NCBI GenBank assembly: GCA_965226885.1
Contig: CBDDEL010000012.1
Coordinates: 352,001 to 416,000, forward strand
Source of the DNA: Opitutales bacterium
GTDB taxonomy: Bacteria; Verrucomicrobiota; Verrucomicrobiia; Opitutales; UBA2987
Length of the DNA: 64,000 nt
Reading direction: 5' to 3'
The notes under the pieces are model-generated. The model searched no databases, was not told the DNA's origin, and saw only the letters and a program-made list of their open reading frames with translations. Of the stretch, positions 60,801 to 64,000 are shown piece by piece. Within the stretch, counting starts at the first letter, position 1. Each line of letters opens with the position of its first letter. The position numbers and the translations under genes were made by a program.

Positions 60801-63707
60801 GGCCGGGGTGGAGATCATGACGGGCGCTTTTTCTCCCGGACGGAAGCTGTCCTTGTCCACCACGATAGAGACCCCACCGGGGCGGTAGCCGATCTCGGTA
60901 TCGCCTTCGCGGGAGGACCAGAATGCGGTCTCGGCCTTGATGGGTTGCCCATTTTCCTCGCGGCTGACCCAGGCCACTTTGAAATAACCTTCTCTGGGAA
61001 CAGAGATTTTGTAAATGGCTTCCCCTTTCTCATCGGTCGCCAGGGAAGTCACTTCGATTTCCTCAACCTTGTAGCCTTTTTCCTTCAGGCGATAATCGCC
61101 GGCCGAGGCGCCGAAAGAGAAACGCCGGAAGGACTTTTCCCGCAGTTCTTCCATCTGCTGGCTGGAAATTTCCCTACCCCCATCGTCGATCCAGATTTCC
61201 CGCCAGTATTCGCGGGTGAGCCGCAAACGACCCTCGGCCGAGATAGGGCGGCTATTGGCGTCCATCGTGCGGATGGCGATTTCCGCAGTGTCTCCCGGCT
61301 GGTAAATCTGATGTTCCAGTTTCAGATAAACATAGTAGCCCTGGCGGGTCACTTTAAGGGTTTTTGAGGCGGTGATTTCGCGCCTGGAAGCGTCCGTCAC
61401 CCTTGCTTCGACGGTGTATTGGTAGTCGTTTTCGGAAGATTGAGGCGTCTCGAAGGTAAACGTGGCGGAGCCGGTGGTATCGGTTTGCAAAGTCTCCTTC
61501 TTAATGACGGAACCGGGGCCGCCGTAACCAAAATTCCGGTAGCGGTTTTGATGGTCCCGATCGGCATAGAGCCAACTGTATTCGCGCTCTGGCAGCCACC
61601 AGTGGTAAAACGGCCGCTGGTAGATGACCAACTCGATTTGGGCGTTGGGGACCGGGCCGCCGAAATGATAGTCGGCCTGAATCTCACCCATCACTGAATC
61701 GCCGAGACGGAAAACCTCAACCGCAGAGTCTTCCCCGCGCGCAATGCCGATCTCGACCTTGAATTCCGGCAGTTTGTATTCTTCCAAACGAAAAAGCTGG
61801 GCCCGTCCAATATACTCCTGGTTAGAATAGCGGGTGAACTGGATTTGGTAGGGGCCAAGAGGCATATCCTCGTTGAGTGCGGTTTCACCCCAGGCGGCTC
61901 CGAAGGCATTCAGCCTGAGGACTCCGTCGTCCACTTTCTGGCCGCGAGGATCTGTGATCGTAAACCGGATTTGCTCATCGGTAGGCACACGGTAGGAATC
62001 CGCATCGTGCTGGCGGGCGATGACCTTCCATTGGGCGGTGCTGCCGGGGCGGTAGGCGGGTCGGTCGGTGTAGGCATAGACCTGCCATTGCAAATCCTGG
62101 AAATTCCCGTAATAATATCCCTGTGACAGGGCGAAGGCCTGGCGGTCTTCATGCCGCGCGGCGGCGAAATATTCCCGGTGTTCTCGTTTGCCGGACAACT
62201 GAAAGAGGGCCAAGCCATCGCTGCCGGTAGTCCCGGACTTGCTGCTTAAATGCCAATTGCGCCCATCGAACCCGCGCTCCCAAAGCACCACTTGGGCCTC
62301 TTCCAGGGGCGCTCCAGTAAATGAGTCGCAAAAATAAGCGAGGACTTCGTTTTCGGTTGATTTGAGGACCAGCGCAGCATCCGTGACGAGTAGAATGTCG
62401 CGGGTTTTACCGGCGCTACTCCCTCCATCGGCCTCGACGATATAGGCGCCAGCGGGAATTTCCAGGTCTAGCCGGTGCTGTTCAGTCAAGGGGTAGTAGG
62501 GCCGTTCAGCCTCCTGGTCTAAAGTAAATGAATGCCAAGGATCCATCTCCCTGGTGTCGATGGTGTCAACCCAACCGTGCAGGCTTCTTTTTTTAGGATT
62601 GGCAAAACGGACCGCCTCGTTCAGGTCGACCGGATAAAGGGAAACCTCCACCTCTTCGGCATTGCGCCAATTGAGATTAATTTGCGGCTCGGAACCCGGC
62701 AGGTAGGCGTGGGTGACGAATACATTTACATACGGCTTGACGATGTTTTCAATAGCTTGTCGAGCGGAACGGTAATAGCCGGTCTCACCCTCATCGTATT
62801 CATCAAGGATGCGCCGATAGAGGCGGATGGCCTTTTCATAATCGGGTTCCAGGCGCTGATCTCCGTTTTCGTCATAAGTCAAATGGCCGCTTTGGGAAGA
62901 CCACTGGGCGTATTGAAATAAGGCATCGTCGTACCACGCGCTGTGCGCGCCCAATTCAATAGCGAAGGCAATTTCCTCAGCCACCCGTGCCAGCATTTGC
63001 GGCCTGCCGCCCTGCTGGCGCAGGGTTATGGCCAGCAGGTAATGGGCGTGGGCTTGATCGGCGGACGTTTCCGCAATCCTGAGAGCATTTTCGATGATTT
63101 CCAAAGGCAGGGCATTGCCACGCCGACCCCGATAGTGAAGACTCTGCCCGCCGGGATCGGGTATACCGACGGCCTTCCAGACGATATTCAGGTATCGGTG
63201 GCGAGCCGTTGGCAGGTCCTTGGAGCCCGCCAACCAGTTGAGGACAATCTTATAATGCGCCCAGGCTTGGCTCCAGTTATTAAACGGCTGCCGGTTCCAG
63301 AAGGAATCGCCCAGGGATTCCTCGATATCGGCCCAGAGCGCAGGCGGCGGCCCCTCCAGTTCATCAAGTTCGCGGGCCAGTCTTTCGAGTTCCCGGCGGG
63401 ATTCCGGGATCGGGCCCGGCTCATATTGGCCAGCGGCGGCATGTGCCCGCCATTGCGCATCGGCCAACCGAAAATCCATCCACCGTTTTTCTTCGGCCGT
63501 AAGTTCCAAGCCCTGCATGCGCTTATAAATTTCATGGGCAAGGGAAAAGCTTTTATTCGAGTAATGGGCTTCGGCCTCCTCTTTCAACTCGGCAAATCCC
63601 AGTTCTTGGGGGTTTGTAACAGTTTCTGGGAGCAGTTCCTCTACTTGGCCAAAGACAAGGGACAATGTCAGGCTTACCCAAAAAATGGCTGTTGCGATTA
63701 ATTTCAC
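57827..63707 (-). pseudogene. Bacterial alpha-2-macroglobulin, +1 frameshift at ~59489
   Basis: TDRPAYRPG, EEYKLP, LPDSLTTW, YPYGCTEQT thioester, DGGWGWW, MYVPE. Confidence 0.92.
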
Positions 63708-64000
63708 TTTTAAGCAATTGTCTCCATGAATAGAAAACGGCCTGTTCGATTGAGTTCCGTTATTAAAAGATTTTTATTTTAATTTCGATAAAAGAATATA
63801 CGAAAATAAGGATCGGAAATTAGAAATTAATCGAAATTATTTGTCGTGGCCGTGGCCCTGCCGTGAGTCTTCCATCTTCAATATTTAATATGATTGCGCC
63901 TCCCAAGGATATTCAAGCCATTGGAAAAGAAATCGCCATTCTTTGGCAGAATGGCCGCGAGGACTATTTTTCCATGGAAAAACTGCGGGCTCATTCACCC

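Noticed and set aside
1..64000. Prophage, retron, DGR or anti-phage defence operon
   Set aside because: No reverse transcriptase, integrase, phage structural or recognisable defence genes seen

Overview
A 64-kb bacterial chromosome segment, moderately GC-rich. Protein families suggest Verrucomicrobiota (Opitutae-like); this is an inference. It holds a peptide-use block (oppABCDF; M3, M16 and M20 peptidases; NhaC), an ECF sigma/anti-sigma operon, a TonB-dependent receptor, an NtrC-type two-component pair, a Moco cluster containing a malic enzyme, gnd, rsmE/rsmD genes, a sulfatase, a metallophosphoesterase and an alpha-2-macroglobulin. The segment looks to be decaying: five end-to-end IS elements with target-site duplications, one IS remnant and about ten broken genes. 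Many lesions are exact 4-22 bp tandem duplications. The best candidate for a new system is a pair of sibling ~120-nt small RNAs at 48284-48655. Each has an ECF-type promoter and a covarying terminator, and they share a 24-nt core. The first copy pairs perfectly over 12 nt with the first codons of the TonB receptor mRNA. Also seen: an orphan integron-cassette pair with a clear attC, and three other structured non-coding elements. All calls were made by eye, with no searches or folding runs.
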